From an uncultured Candidatus Saccharibacteria bacterium (lineage in GTDB: Bacteria > Patescibacteriota > Minisyncoccia > Phycocordibacterales > PALSA-1337), in contig CAZVVX010000005.1 of assembly GCA_964631035.1 (NCBI GenBank), positions 1,419 through 39,555 of the forward strand: 38,137 nt of DNA, in the 5' to 3' direction. Below, one piece after another: positions 27,273 through 35,848 of this stretch; position 1 is the first letter of the stretch; the number at the start of each line of letters is the position of its first letter. Made by a program: the position numbers and the translations under genes. Below the pieces are notes generated by a model, which saw nothing but the letters and a program-made list of their open reading frames with translations, had not been told where the DNA came from and made no database searches.

Positions 27273-28505
27273 ATGCCAAAGAATACAAAAACAAATCCTG
27301 ATCAGAAATATATTTCTTATGATAACCTAGATAAGGTTGGAGAAATAACTCTATATTATGGATTTGAACCATATAAGAGCCCCGAGATTAAAAAGATTGA
27401 TCTTGATAATGCAAAGAGTTTACTTGAAGGAGATTTTATTGAAGAGAATGATAAAGATAAAAAGAGCTTACCACTGCATGTAGAAGAGAAAATCGCCCTA
27501 CTTAGAAAATATACAGAAGAAGAATTACACACCAAGAGTCAGCCAATAATGATGTATTTCAAAGAACCATTCAAGGGTTCAATCAAGAAGGGTTCAGTAA
27601 CATATAACAGATATTGCGACCTAGAGATAATTGGGAATTCAAAAAGCATAGCAGAAGCAACATTGATACAGACAGCAAAAGCCATTCTTAATGAAGAAGG
27701 TTATAGTAATATTTGTATTGAAATAAATAGCATAGGCGACAAAGAATCAATAAATAAATTCACTCGTGACTTAGCAAATCATTACAAGAAGAATATAAAT
27801 GATATGCATGCTGAGTGTAGACAATTATTAAAGAAAGACCCATTTGAAGTGTTAGGATGTCAAAATGATAAATGTAAAAAGATAAATGAAACAGCTCCAA
27901 AGTCTATGGATTTTCTTTCTGAACAAAGCCGAATACATTTCCAAGAAGTATTAGAATATCTTGAAGCACTTGATATACCTTACAGAATAAACAATTCATT
28001 AATAGGTAATCGCAAATATTGTACAGAAACAATATTTACAATAAATGATTTAGACCAAGACAAAAAATCAAAATCACAGAAAGTATTGGCAATCGGCGTT
28101 AGATACGATGGACTATCAAAAAAGATTGGAATAAAGAAAGAAATACAAGGTGTTGGAATATCTATTATAGTCAAAAGCTCAAAAGCAGATCTAAGAAAAG
28201 ATATTAAAAAGATCAAAAAACCATTTGCTTCATTTGTTCAATTGGGATTTGAATCAAAACTATTAAGTCTAGGTGTTATAGAAAGCTTAAGAAATGTAAA
28301 AATACCTCTATTACTCTCGCTTGCAAAGGATAGACTAGGAGCACAAGTATCAATGGTTGAGAAGAAAAACGTGCCATATTCAATAATAATGGGCAAAAAG
28401 GAAGCAATGGATAAAACAGCTATTGTAAGAAACATGGATACGCATTCACAAGACATTGTCCCATTAAATGAATTAGCAAAATACATGAAGAGACTTGAGA
28501 AATAA
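27273..28505 (+). CDS. histidyl-tRNA synthetase-family protein with degenerate catalytic motifs
   Basis: 410 aa. HisRS-type GVRYDGL motif and a C-terminal HGTP anticodon-binding domain. The motif-2 region reads MMYFKEPFKG...NRYCDLEIIG instead of the usual fRyErPQ.GR.ReF.Q. Confidence 0.65.
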   Translation: MPKNTKTNPDQKYISYDNLDKVGEITLYYGFEPYKSPEIKKIDLDNAKSLLEGDFIEENDKDKKSLPLHVEEKIALLRKYTEEELHTKSQPIMMYFKEPFKGSIKKGSVTYNRYCDLEIIGNSKSIAEATLIQTAKAILNEEGYSNICIEINSIGDKESINKFTRDLANHYKKNINDMHAECRQLLKKDPFEVLGCQNDKCKKINETAPKSMDFLSEQSRIHFQEVLEYLEALDIPYRINNSLIGNRKYCTETIFTINDLDQDKKSKSQKVLAIGVRYDGLSKKIGIKKEIQGVGISIIVKSSKADLRKDIKKIKKPFASFVQLGFESKLLSLGVIESLRNVKIPLLLSLAKDRLGAQVSMVEKKNVPYSIIMGKKEAMDKTAIVRNMDTHSQDIVPLNELAKYMKRLEK

Positions 28506-28532
28506 TACACTGTATGGTATCATTCTAAGCCT

Positions 28533-28778
28533 ATGATAAATGTAGAAATTACAAGAAATGGAACTGAGAATAGTATGAGTACTCTTAGACGTTTTACAAA
28601 AAGAGTACAAGGATCAGGTATATTACCTCGAGTTCGAAGTCTTAGATATAATCAGAGAGGTCTTTCTCATTACAAAACTAAGGTTAAAACATTAAAATCA
28701 ATAGCAAGAAGAAATGAAATTCAAGAATTGATTAAAATGGGCAAAATGCAAGAGAAAACATCTAGATTTTCTAAGTAA
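28533..28778 (+). CDS. rpsU: 30S ribosomal protein S21
   Basis: 81 aa, basic. N-terminal V.V......S...LRRF.KR pattern. Confidence 0.85.
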   Translation: MINVEITRNGTENSMSTLRRFTKRVQGSGILPRVRSLRYNQRGLSHYKTKVKTLKSIARRNEIQELIKMGKMQEKTSRFSK

Positions 28779-29164
28779 TGTCAAATATAACTTTCAATAT
28801 AACAAACACTACAAAAGCCAAGCTTCCTCGCTTGGCTTTTGCTGATATGAAAGATGCAATACTAGGTAAAAAATACGAATTATCATTCATAATTGTAAAC
28901 AAAAAAGAAATTCAAAGACTGAATAAAGAATATAGAGACATAAACAAGCCTACAGATATATTAAGCTTCCCTCTTTCTGAAGATTTTGGAGAAATTTATA
29001 TAAATCCTGATATGACAAAAATAGAAGCTAAAAAATTTGATAGAGATTATGAGAATTTTTTTGGTTTCCTATTTATCCACGGTTTAGTACATTTGAAAGG
29101 ATTCGATCATGGTAGTACAATGGAGAGTATAGAAGCTCGTTTCCGAAAACAATTCGGCATCTGA
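28778..29164 (+). CDS. ybeY: rRNA maturation endoribonuclease YbeY
   Basis: 128 aa. Zinc motif HGLVHLKGFDH. TAATG overlap with rpsU. Confidence 0.9.
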   Translation: MSNITFNITNTTKAKLPRLAFADMKDAILGKKYELSFIIVNKKEIQRLNKEYRDINKPTDILSFPLSEDFGEIYINPDMTKIEAKKFDRDYENFFGFLFIHGLVHLKGFDHGSTMESIEARFRKQFGI

Positions 29165-29175
29165 CTTCTGTCTCG

Positions 29176-30360
29176 ATGTCTAGCTCAATAATAACCGGAA
29201 TTGATATTGGAACATACCACATCAAAGTGGTTATTTCTAATTCAAAAGAAAAAAATGAAAAGGGATTCCCAAAGATTATAGGAGTTGGTTCTGCAGAATC
29301 ACGTGGACTTAGACATGGATATATAGTAAACATTCAAGATGCAGTAGAAAGTATCAAAAGAGCAGTAGGTGAAGCAGAGAAAAGAGCAAATATCAAAGTC
29401 AAAAAAGCATTTATATCTATTGGGGGTATTGGTCTTTCAAGTATAACATCAACAAGTTCCGTAATTATCACAAGAGCAGATTCTGAAATTACAGCACTAG
29501 ACATCAAAAAAGTACAAGAACAATGCGAGAAAGATATACCACCAGCAGCATCTTTAAATAAAAAAATAATACATTCTATTCCCCTTCATTTCAAAATTGA
29601 CGGCAAAATTGCATTAGGCAAGCCCGAAGGAATGAAAGGAAATAAATTAGAAGTTAAAACTTTATACATTACATCACTTGAACATCATTTAAATGACATT
29701 ATACAAGCTGTGGAAGAAGCAGGAATAAGTGTTCAAGACGTTATGGCCTCACCTATTGCTGCTAGTCTTGTAACTCTTACAAAAGCGCAGAAGATAGCGG
29801 GTTGTGTACTAGCGAACATTGGTGCAGAGACAGTATCAATAGCAGTATTTGAGAACAACATTCCTGTATCATTAGAAATATTCCCAATAGGTTCTACAGA
29901 TATTACAAATGATATTGCATTAGGACTGAAGGTACCACTTGAAGAAGCTGAACAAATAAAAGTCGGCGCAATAACCGGAAGTTCATATCCAAGGAAAAAG
30001 CTTGAGGAAATAGTTACTGCAAGACTTTCTGATATATTTGAATTAATAGAAGCACATTTAAAGAAGATAGGCAGAAATGGACTTCTACCTGCTGGAATAA
30101 TTATCACAGGTGGAGGTTCAGGATTATCCAATATTGAGGATTTAGCTAAAATTTCATTAAGATTACCTTCAAGAATTGGTTCTGCGAGTCTTGGTTTATC
30201 AGATAAACAAAGCTACAAGGATTCCACTTGGGCAGTAGCTTATGGACTATGTATTTTAGGTATTCACGCTGATGAGGATTTGCCATTAGATAATAGTAGC
30301 GTGGTACTCAATAATGCTTGGAAAAGAATAGTAACTTGGCTAAAGCAATTCCTACCTTAA
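29176..30360 (+). CDS. ftsA: cell division protein FtsA
   Basis: 394 aa. Actin-fold phosphate-1 motif GIDIGTYHIKVV, the G..HGYIVNI segment and ITGGGS. Directly upstream of ftsZ. Confidence 0.9.
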   Translation: MSSSIITGIDIGTYHIKVVISNSKEKNEKGFPKIIGVGSAESRGLRHGYIVNIQDAVESIKRAVGEAEKRANIKVKKAFISIGGIGLSSITSTSSVIITRADSEITALDIKKVQEQCEKDIPPAASLNKKIIHSIPLHFKIDGKIALGKPEGMKGNKLEVKTLYITSLEHHLNDIIQAVEEAGISVQDVMASPIAASLVTLTKAQKIAGCVLANIGAETVSIAVFENNIPVSLEIFPIGSTDITNDIALGLKVPLEEAEQIKVGAITGSSYPRKKLEEIVTARLSDIFELIEAHLKKIGRNGLLPAGIIITGGGSGLSNIEDLAKISLRLPSRIGSASLGLSDKQSYKDSTWAVAYGLCILGIHADEDLPLDNSSVVLNNAWKRIVTWLKQFLP

Positions 30361-30399
30361 TAATTTTGACTAATTTTCTGTATTTGATAAGATTTGTCC

Positions 30400-31599
30400 A
30401 TGCCTAACATCACACCTGAAATTGAAGCTTTTGCAAGAATCAAAGTAATCGGAGTAGGAGGCTCTGGTAAAAACGCTGTTAATCACATGATATCAACCAA
30501 GGTTAAGGGTGTTGATTTTATTTCTATAAATACAGATGCGCAAGACCTTCATCATTCACTAGCTAAAAAAAGAATACATATAGGTAAGAATTTAACTAGA
30601 GGACTGGGTACAGGAATGAATCCAGAGATGGGCAAAAGAGCTATTGAGGAGACCAAGGAGGAGGTACAGGAGGCATTGAAGGGTGCAGATATGGTATTTG
30701 TGGCTTGCGGATTGGGTGGAGGAACTGGTAGTGGTTCAAGCCCTACTGTAGCCAGAATTGCAAAAGAACTGGGAGCACTTACTGTCGCTGTAGTTACAAA
30801 ACCGTTCTTTTTTGAAGGTCAACAAAGACTAAAAATAAGCGAAGCGGCACTTGAGGAATTAAGGAAGGAAGTTGATGCAATTATAGTAATTCCAAATGAT
30901 AGATTGTTATCAACAATAGACAAAAATACTACAGTCAAAAATGCATTCTCAATGTGTGATGAGATATTGAGACAAGCAGTAGAGGGTATTTCTGATCTTA
31001 TTACTACTCCAGGATTGATTAACATAGACTTTGCAGATATAAGAACAGTTATGGAAAGTGCAGGATCAGCTCTTATGGGTATTGGATCAGCATCGGGTGA
31101 TAATAGAGCTATAGAAGCTGCAAAACTCGCTATTAACTCCCCTCTTCTGGATGTATCAATAAATGGTGCAAAGGGTGTATTGTTCTCTATTGCAGGTGGT
31201 GAGGACCTAACAATGTTTGAAATACAAGACGCAGCTAAAGTCATAACAGAATCTGTGGATCCACAAGCCAAGGTTATATTTGGTACAGTTAGAGATGATA
31301 AGCTTAAGAAAAATGAAGTAAAAATTACTGTTATTGCTGCTGGATTCCCAGAGACAAATACTTCTGACAACAATCAGAGTAGTATCTTATCAAAGAATCA
31401 ATCACCTGTTCTCCCAGAATCAAAGCCAAAGGAAGAATCAAAAGGCAGAATATTTAACTCAATTTCATCAAATCAAAATCAGGCACCAGTAAGGGAAAAA
31501 ATAGTCGTTGAAGAGAAAAAGGAGATAAAGAATGATACACAAGACGATGATGATTGGGGTGCTGTACCTGCATTTTTAAGACGATCTAAGTTAAAATAA
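30400..31599 (+). CDS. ftsZ: cell division GTPase FtsZ
   Basis: IKVIGVGGSGKNAVN, tubulin signature GLGGGTGSGSSP, NDRLL and a C-terminal DDWGAVPAFLRR peptide. I use ATG 30400; the track uses TTG 30394. Confidence 0.97.
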   Translation: MPNITPEIEAFARIKVIGVGGSGKNAVNHMISTKVKGVDFISINTDAQDLHHSLAKKRIHIGKNLTRGLGTGMNPEMGKRAIEETKEEVQEALKGADMVFVACGLGGGTGSGSSPTVARIAKELGALTVAVVTKPFFFEGQQRLKISEAALEELRKEVDAIIVIPNDRLLSTIDKNTTVKNAFSMCDEILRQAVEGISDLITTPGLINIDFADIRTVMESAGSALMGIGSASGDNRAIEAAKLAINSPLLDVSINGAKGVLFSIAGGEDLTMFEIQDAAKVITESVDPQAKVIFGTVRDDKLKKNEVKITVIAAGFPETNTSDNNQSSILSKNQSPVLPESKPKEESKGRIFNSISSNQNQAPVREKIVVEEKKEIKNDTQDDDDWGAVPAFLRRSKLK

Positions 31600-31603
31600 A
31601 TAG

Positions 31604-32527
31604 ATGTTATATGATTTAACAATTATTGGTGGTGGACCTGCCGGAGTAGCTGCTGGTGTTTATGCAGCTCGCAAGGAGCTCAGAACCTTATTTATTACAA
31701 AAGATTGGAATAGTCAGAGTACTGTATCTGAAGGTATTGAGAATTGGATAGGAACTATAAAAATCCATGGATTGGATTTTGCTAAAAGTCTGGAATCACA
31801 TTTGAGAGCGTATTCAAAAGACTCAGTTAATATTATAGTTGGTGAGTCATGCGAAAATATTGAAAAAACAGATAATGGCTTCAAGATAACTACAAATAAA
31901 GGTAGCTATGAGTCTAAAACTGTATTAATAACAACTGGTAGCTTCAGAAAAAAACTAGAGGTAAAGGGTGCAGATATATTTGAGCATAAAGGATTAACAT
32001 ATTGCGCATCATGTGATGGTCCACTATTTGCAGGACAAGATGTGGTGGTCATCGGTGGAGGAAATGCTGCATTTGAAAGTGCATCACAGCTCCTAGCATA
32101 TTGCAAAAATGTAACTATTATAAATAGATCAGATAAATTCCGAGCAGATCCCATAACAGTTGAAGCAGTTTCCAAGCATCCAAATCTAAAAATAATAACA
32201 AATGCTATTTCAAAGGAGGTTAAAGGTGATAAATTTGTTACTGGATTTGTCTATACTGACACAAAAACAAATATGGATATAGAATTACCTGTCACTGGTA
32301 TATTCGTTGAAATTGGCTCATTACCTACCACATATTTTGTTAAGGACTTGGTCAAATTAGACCAATGGAATCATATTGTTGTTGACCCAAGAACTCAAAT
32401 GACTTCAGTCAAGGGTATTTGGGCTGCAGGAGATTGTACAGATGGGCTTTATCATCAGAATAATATAGCAGCAGGTGATGCAGTTAAGGCACTAGAAGAT
32501 ATATATCTATTTCTCAGAGCAAAGTGA
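31604..32527 (+). CDS. trxB: thioredoxin-disulfide reductase
   Basis: 307 aa. FAD motif IIGGGPAG, redox CASCDG, NADPH motif VIGGGNAAFE and the C-terminal GDC motif. Confidence 0.92.
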   Translation: MLYDLTIIGGGPAGVAAGVYAARKELRTLFITKDWNSQSTVSEGIENWIGTIKIHGLDFAKSLESHLRAYSKDSVNIIVGESCENIEKTDNGFKITTNKGSYESKTVLITTGSFRKKLEVKGADIFEHKGLTYCASCDGPLFAGQDVVVIGGGNAAFESASQLLAYCKNVTIINRSDKFRADPITVEAVSKHPNLKIITNAISKEVKGDKFVTGFVYTDTKTNMDIELPVTGIFVEIGSLPTTYFVKDLVKLDQWNHIVVDPRTQMTSVKGIWAAGDCTDGLYHQNNIAAGDAVKALEDIYLFLRAK

Positions 32528-33034
32528 TCCCCATAGACCTAATTTCCCTTCTCTTGCATCTTTTTCTAATTTCTTAAATTCTTTTTGGTATTTATATGGA
32601 ATTTTATATGTGTATTCATGTGCATAACCATTTTCAACTAAATATCTATTTATAAATAGTCCATCTTCCCTTTTAACATAAGCTAAAATTCTGCCGTATT
32701 TGTCATATACTGATTGGCTTTTATCTATTTCAATATTAATATTTTTATTTAACAATAGTTCTTTTGTTTTGTCCGATGCCTCTTTACCAAAACACTGCAC
32801 TGTTTTCCTTGGATCTACTGTCTCTGGCGTATCTACTCCCATCATTCTAATTTTTAAAATCTTATTATCTGATTTAATTTCAAATGTATCACCATCTATA
32901 ACATTAGAAACTAAATATTGCCTATTAATATCTAATTTTAATTTTGGCTTACTTGGATAACTTATAAATATAGTTACAGTAGCAATTATTATAATTAAAA
33001 TTATCTTTATTTTATATTTTGATAGAAATACCAT
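32507..33034 (-). CDS. secreted thermonuclease (staphylococcal nuclease fold)
   Basis: 175 aa. N-terminal TM/signal, VIDGDTFE, GVDTPE, RILAYV and the HEYTY region. Its 3' end overlaps trxB by 21 nt (convergent). Confidence 0.85.
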   Translation of the reverse strand: MVFLSKYKIKIILIIIIATVTIFISYPSKPKLKLDINRQYLVSNVIDGDTFEIKSDNKILKIRMMGVDTPETVDPRKTVQCFGKEASDKTKELLLNKNINIEIDKSQSVYDKYGRILAYVKREDGLFINRYLVENGYAHEYTYKIPYKYQKEFKKLEKDAREGKLGLWGSLCSEK

Positions 33035-33108
33035 TTACTTAGATTAACACCAAATATACAATCATGGAACTTGCATAATACTATTTTAGTAGTAGCATTA
33101 TACTTTGG

Positions 33109-33234
33109 ATGAGTGCATTATTACTTGGAGGAAGTGTAGCACTCGTTATTATTGCGGGAGGTTTGGTATGGGCATGTGCAATAATAGCGCACCAAAACCC
33201 CCATCCCACCACAGACGAGGAATGTGGTGAATAG
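33109..33234 (+). CDS. candidate 41-aa single-TM peptide
   Basis: Not in the ORF track. ATG...TAG translates as MSALLLGGSVALVIIAGGLVWACAIIAHQNPHPTTDEECGE. A strong terminator starts 5 nt downstream. No obvious SD. Confidence 0.3.
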   Translation: MSALLLGGSVALVIIAGGLVWACAIIAHQNPHPTTDEECGE

Positions 33235-33238
33235 GAAC

Positions 33239-33276
33239 AGAGCTGAGGCGTTTTGACGCCCAGCTCTTAGTTTTTT
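33239..33276 (+). terminator. rho-independent terminator (plus strand)
   Basis: AGAGCTG-A-GGCG-TTTTGA-CGCC-CAGCTCT, followed by TAGTTTTTT. Confidence 0.6.
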
Positions 33277-33305
33277 ATACAAATAAAAGCACCCGTAAAG
33301 GTGCT
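33277..33305 (-). terminator. rho-independent terminator of the 7-TM gene (minus strand)
   Basis: Minus strand reads AGCACC-TTTACG-GGTGCT followed by TTTATTTGTAT, 30 nt after the ORF stop. Confidence 0.6.
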
Positions 33306-33335
33306 TATGGAAGAATTTTGGCTCTTCAGACCATT

Positions 33336-33926
33336 TCAAACCATGCGGTAATATAACACCCCCACAATGATAACCAGCCAATACACAATCGTTAATCCAG
33401 GAATTAATCTGGCCTCGAAGGTTGGCTTGTCACCGTAATACGATAGGAAACTGATAAGTGAATAAAGTGTGCAAATTAACAAACTCGTCTGAAATGGATT
33501 ATTGAATGAATCAACAATCTGAGGTACTCCAGCGAGTATAGCTGCCGTTGCACACACAATCACAGCAGGCCCATACTTTTTTCTCCTCTCACACCAAACA
33601 TACATCGCAAGACACATGATGGTTAGTGTTGTGACAAACGCTTCGAAATATCCGAAACTGAGCCTACCGTCCTTATAATACGCACATGCTCCGATCGCAA
33701 AATCGGACAAGATATAGCCAATCATGATTGTATAGCCACCCTGCCCTGCACGGACAAGGACCACTACACACACAACTGACAATAGTGACCACAAAAAGTA
33801 GGAAACAGGATTGAACTTGTCGCCCTGGAAAATCCCCCAGATCACCGGGAGACAAACCAGAACCGCACCAAATCCACCCAGATTCTTGCACAGATTCCTG
33901 AAATCAGCCTTAATTCTCGTCTTCAA
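33336..33926 (-). CDS. 7-TM membrane protein with an apparent 3+1+3 internal repeat (PQ-loop/SWEET/PnuC-like topology)
   Basis: 196 aa with seven hydrophobic helices. CLPVIWGIFQGDKFNP in helix 1 is echoed by GVPQIVDSFNNPF in helix 5. GC-rich codons. Confidence 0.6.
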   Translation of the reverse strand: MKTRIKADFRNLCKNLGGFGAVLVCLPVIWGIFQGDKFNPVSYFLWSLLSVVCVVVLVRAGQGGYTIMIGYILSDFAIGACAYYKDGRLSFGYFEAFVTTLTIMCLAMYVWCERRKKYGPAVIVCATAAILAGVPQIVDSFNNPFQTSLLICTLYSLISFLSYYGDKPTFEARLIPGLTIVYWLVIIVGVLYYRMV

Positions 33927-33981
33927 ATTCGATTCTCCTTCTGGTGAGAAACATTACCTAAAAATTAGCATTCTGTCAATT

Positions 33982-34140
33982 GTGACCCTACAGGGAGTCG
34001 GTCATAGGTCTCGGCTTGCTAGCCTCGCCTACGACCCTGACTCGCTCGCCTTCGCTCGCTCCGTCTTTCGACTCTCGCCTAGCGATCACTAGCGATATAA
34101 AAAAGCATGGCCTAAAGGTATACTTTTTTTAATCGTGTGA
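33982..34140 (+). repeat. 159-bp direct repeat copy 1 (19-nt tRNA-Glu 3'-end core plus 140 bp)
   Basis: Identical to 37018-37176 in my base-by-base comparison. Begins GTGACCCTACAGGGAGTCG. Confidence 0.95.
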
Positions 34141-34310
34141 GCCCATTGTACCTGAAATGGAACACCTTAGAAAATGAGATTATTCGTTGGAATGAGACCT
34201 TCGCTCTTTTTGGTTCCCGATTAAATACTCTAGTTATTGCTTGAATTTAGGAAGAAAGTTACCTAAAGACTTTACCTTACTGGTAATAGAACTAGAGTTG
34301 TATGAGGGGT

Positions 34311-35843
34311 CTAGCGACTTAATTCTTCGATAAATCTTGAGGCTTTTCCTTTCCACATTCGAGACCTAAAGTCGAATTTGAAGTCAGGTTTATTTACTGT
34401 GTTGGCGTGTCGACCTTCAAGGTTAATGCTCGATAAAAGGTGAAGGCTTTTCTTTGCGCGGGTCATTCCAACGTAGAACAATCGCCTCTGGCTCTCAATG
34501 GTGTCGTTACCTTTAGCAACATTCGGAATAACTCCTTCAACAAGACCAATCATAAAAACGTGGTCGGCACCGAGACCCTTCGATTTGTGTATCGACATTA
34601 TGTTCACTCGCTGCTCAACTTCTTCACTTACCAAAACAAAGAGGTTTTCAAGCTTCTCGTCTGCGGTATCTCCCTCTGCCTTTTCATAAAGTTCCGCTAG
34701 TTCGGCGAAGGCAGGTGTTTGCAACGCTTCTTCAATACTTGGATAAGTTACTTTAACTTCTTCGGGAAGCCTGCTTAACAGCAAAGCGTAAAGCTCATCG
34801 ATGTTTTGACCACTATCGTAATGAGACTTTATAAGCGCATAGTACTTACTTCGGGTTTGAAGTACGCGATACCCAAGTAGTAGCAGGTTGAGATATTTGT
34901 GCTTACCAAACAAACTGCATAAACCCCAAGCTTTCACAACCAATTCGACAGGAACTTTTCCGATAAAGTAGTTCTTAAATTCAATCCCCGCCGCTTCCAA
35001 CTTCTTGGTCAGTGGTTCGACAAAAAACCTAACAGGAGAAAGTATTAAGACCTTATCCTCGGCATTTGCAGCAAGAGCCTTCTGTGTCTCGTTAAGTACA
35101 TAGTCTGCGCTATCTTCACTCGTCGAGAACTGTTTGATTTCAAGATTACCTGGCTTGTTGGTTTTCTCCCATTTCTTATCTACACGCTTAACGTTGTTCT
35201 TTATAAGCTTGGTCGCTCCGTCTACAACCACGTCAGGACAGCGATAGCATTTATGTTCGTGAGCTATTGTTTCGTGTGACGGGTCTTGGTGAAGTTCGAT
35301 AATCTTTTCGTTTGACGCGTCTTTGAAGTCGTATATACACTGGTCATCATCACCGAGAATATAAGCCTCCTCCATTACCTCTACGAGTAGGTCTATAAGT
35401 TCCTGCTCTTTCTTATTAAAGTCTTGGTATTCGTCTACTATCAAAATTGAATAGGGTGCAAGCTTTTCCTTGAGATATGCAGGGTTCGCTTTTGCATACC
35501 CAACGAACCTTTCAATCATTTGGTCGAAGGTTGTCGTAGCTAGGAAGTTGCAAAGGTCGACAAAGCTTATTTCTGTTTGGTCAGAAATTTGTTGAAGCTG
35601 CTCGATTTCCTTATTTTCAAGAACGTGACGAGTTTTATCGTGATTGTATTTAACGGCAAACTTATGGAGGGTCATACAGCATTCCACATTTACTCCTGCG
35701 GGAACGAGAGATTTCTTTAAGTCCTCAACCGTGGCGTTGGTGAATGAAATAACCAGAATGCGAGAAGGGTCTGGTTTCTCTGCAATGATTTTCTGTATGT
35801 TAGTTGTTTTGCCCGTACCAGGCCCAGCGAGCAGTACTTTCAT
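34311..35843 (-). CDS. superfamily 1 UvrD/Rep-like DNA helicase, compact (510 aa)
   Basis: Walker A AGPGTGKTT at residues 6-14, motif II LIVDEYQDF, SIHKSKGLGADHVF, motif VI FYVGMTRAKKSL and a C-terminal SRFIEEL. Confidence 0.9.
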   Translation of the reverse strand: MKVLLAGPGTGKTTNIQKIIAEKPDPSRILVISFTNATVEDLKKSLVPAGVNVECCMTLHKFAVKYNHDKTRHVLENKEIEQLQQISDQTEISFVDLCNFLATTTFDQMIERFVGYAKANPAYLKEKLAPYSILIVDEYQDFNKKEQELIDLLVEVMEEAYILGDDDQCIYDFKDASNEKIIELHQDPSHETIAHEHKCYRCPDVVVDGATKLIKNNVKRVDKKWEKTNKPGNLEIKQFSTSEDSADYVLNETQKALAANAEDKVLILSPVRFFVEPLTKKLEAAGIEFKNYFIGKVPVELVVKAWGLCSLFGKHKYLNLLLLGYRVLQTRSKYYALIKSHYDSGQNIDELYALLLSRLPEEVKVTYPSIEEALQTPAFAELAELYEKAEGDTADEKLENLFVLVSEEVEQRVNIMSIHKSKGLGADHVFMIGLVEGVIPNVAKGNDTIESQRRLFYVGMTRAKKSLHLLSSINLEGRHANTVNKPDFKFDFRSRMWKGKASRFIEELSR

Positions 35844-35848
35844 AGTGG

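Noticed and set aside
21765-30399. Upstream TTG-initiated extensions in the ORF track for typA (21765), pth (26733), lepB (26671) and ftsZ (30394), and likewise for the 4431 and 20915 starts
   Set aside because: In each case an in-frame ATG a few codons downstream gives the canonical protein N-terminus and removes overlaps with neighbouring genes or promoters. The longer forms are kept only as alternatives.
22610-32960. Antisense ORFs inside typA, the coiled-coil gene, pth, lepB, the hisS-like gene, ybeY/ftsA, ftsA, ftsZ, trxB and nuc (e.g. 23737..24141, 26090..26371, 29733..30131, 30819..31373, 31906..32175)
   Set aside because: All are nested opposite well-supported housekeeping genes. No motifs.
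33121-33381. ORF 33121..33381 (-), 86 aa
   Set aside because: It reads straight through two strong hairpin terminators and overlaps the 3' end of the 7-TM gene. The plus-strand 41-aa ORF plus the terminators explains the region better.
33673-34092. ORFs 33673..33891 (-) and 33811..34092 (+)
   Set aside because: The first is an alternative frame inside the 7-TM gene. The second runs antisense out of that gene into the 159-bp repeat. If it were real it should recur in repeat copy 2 with a start codon, and it does not.
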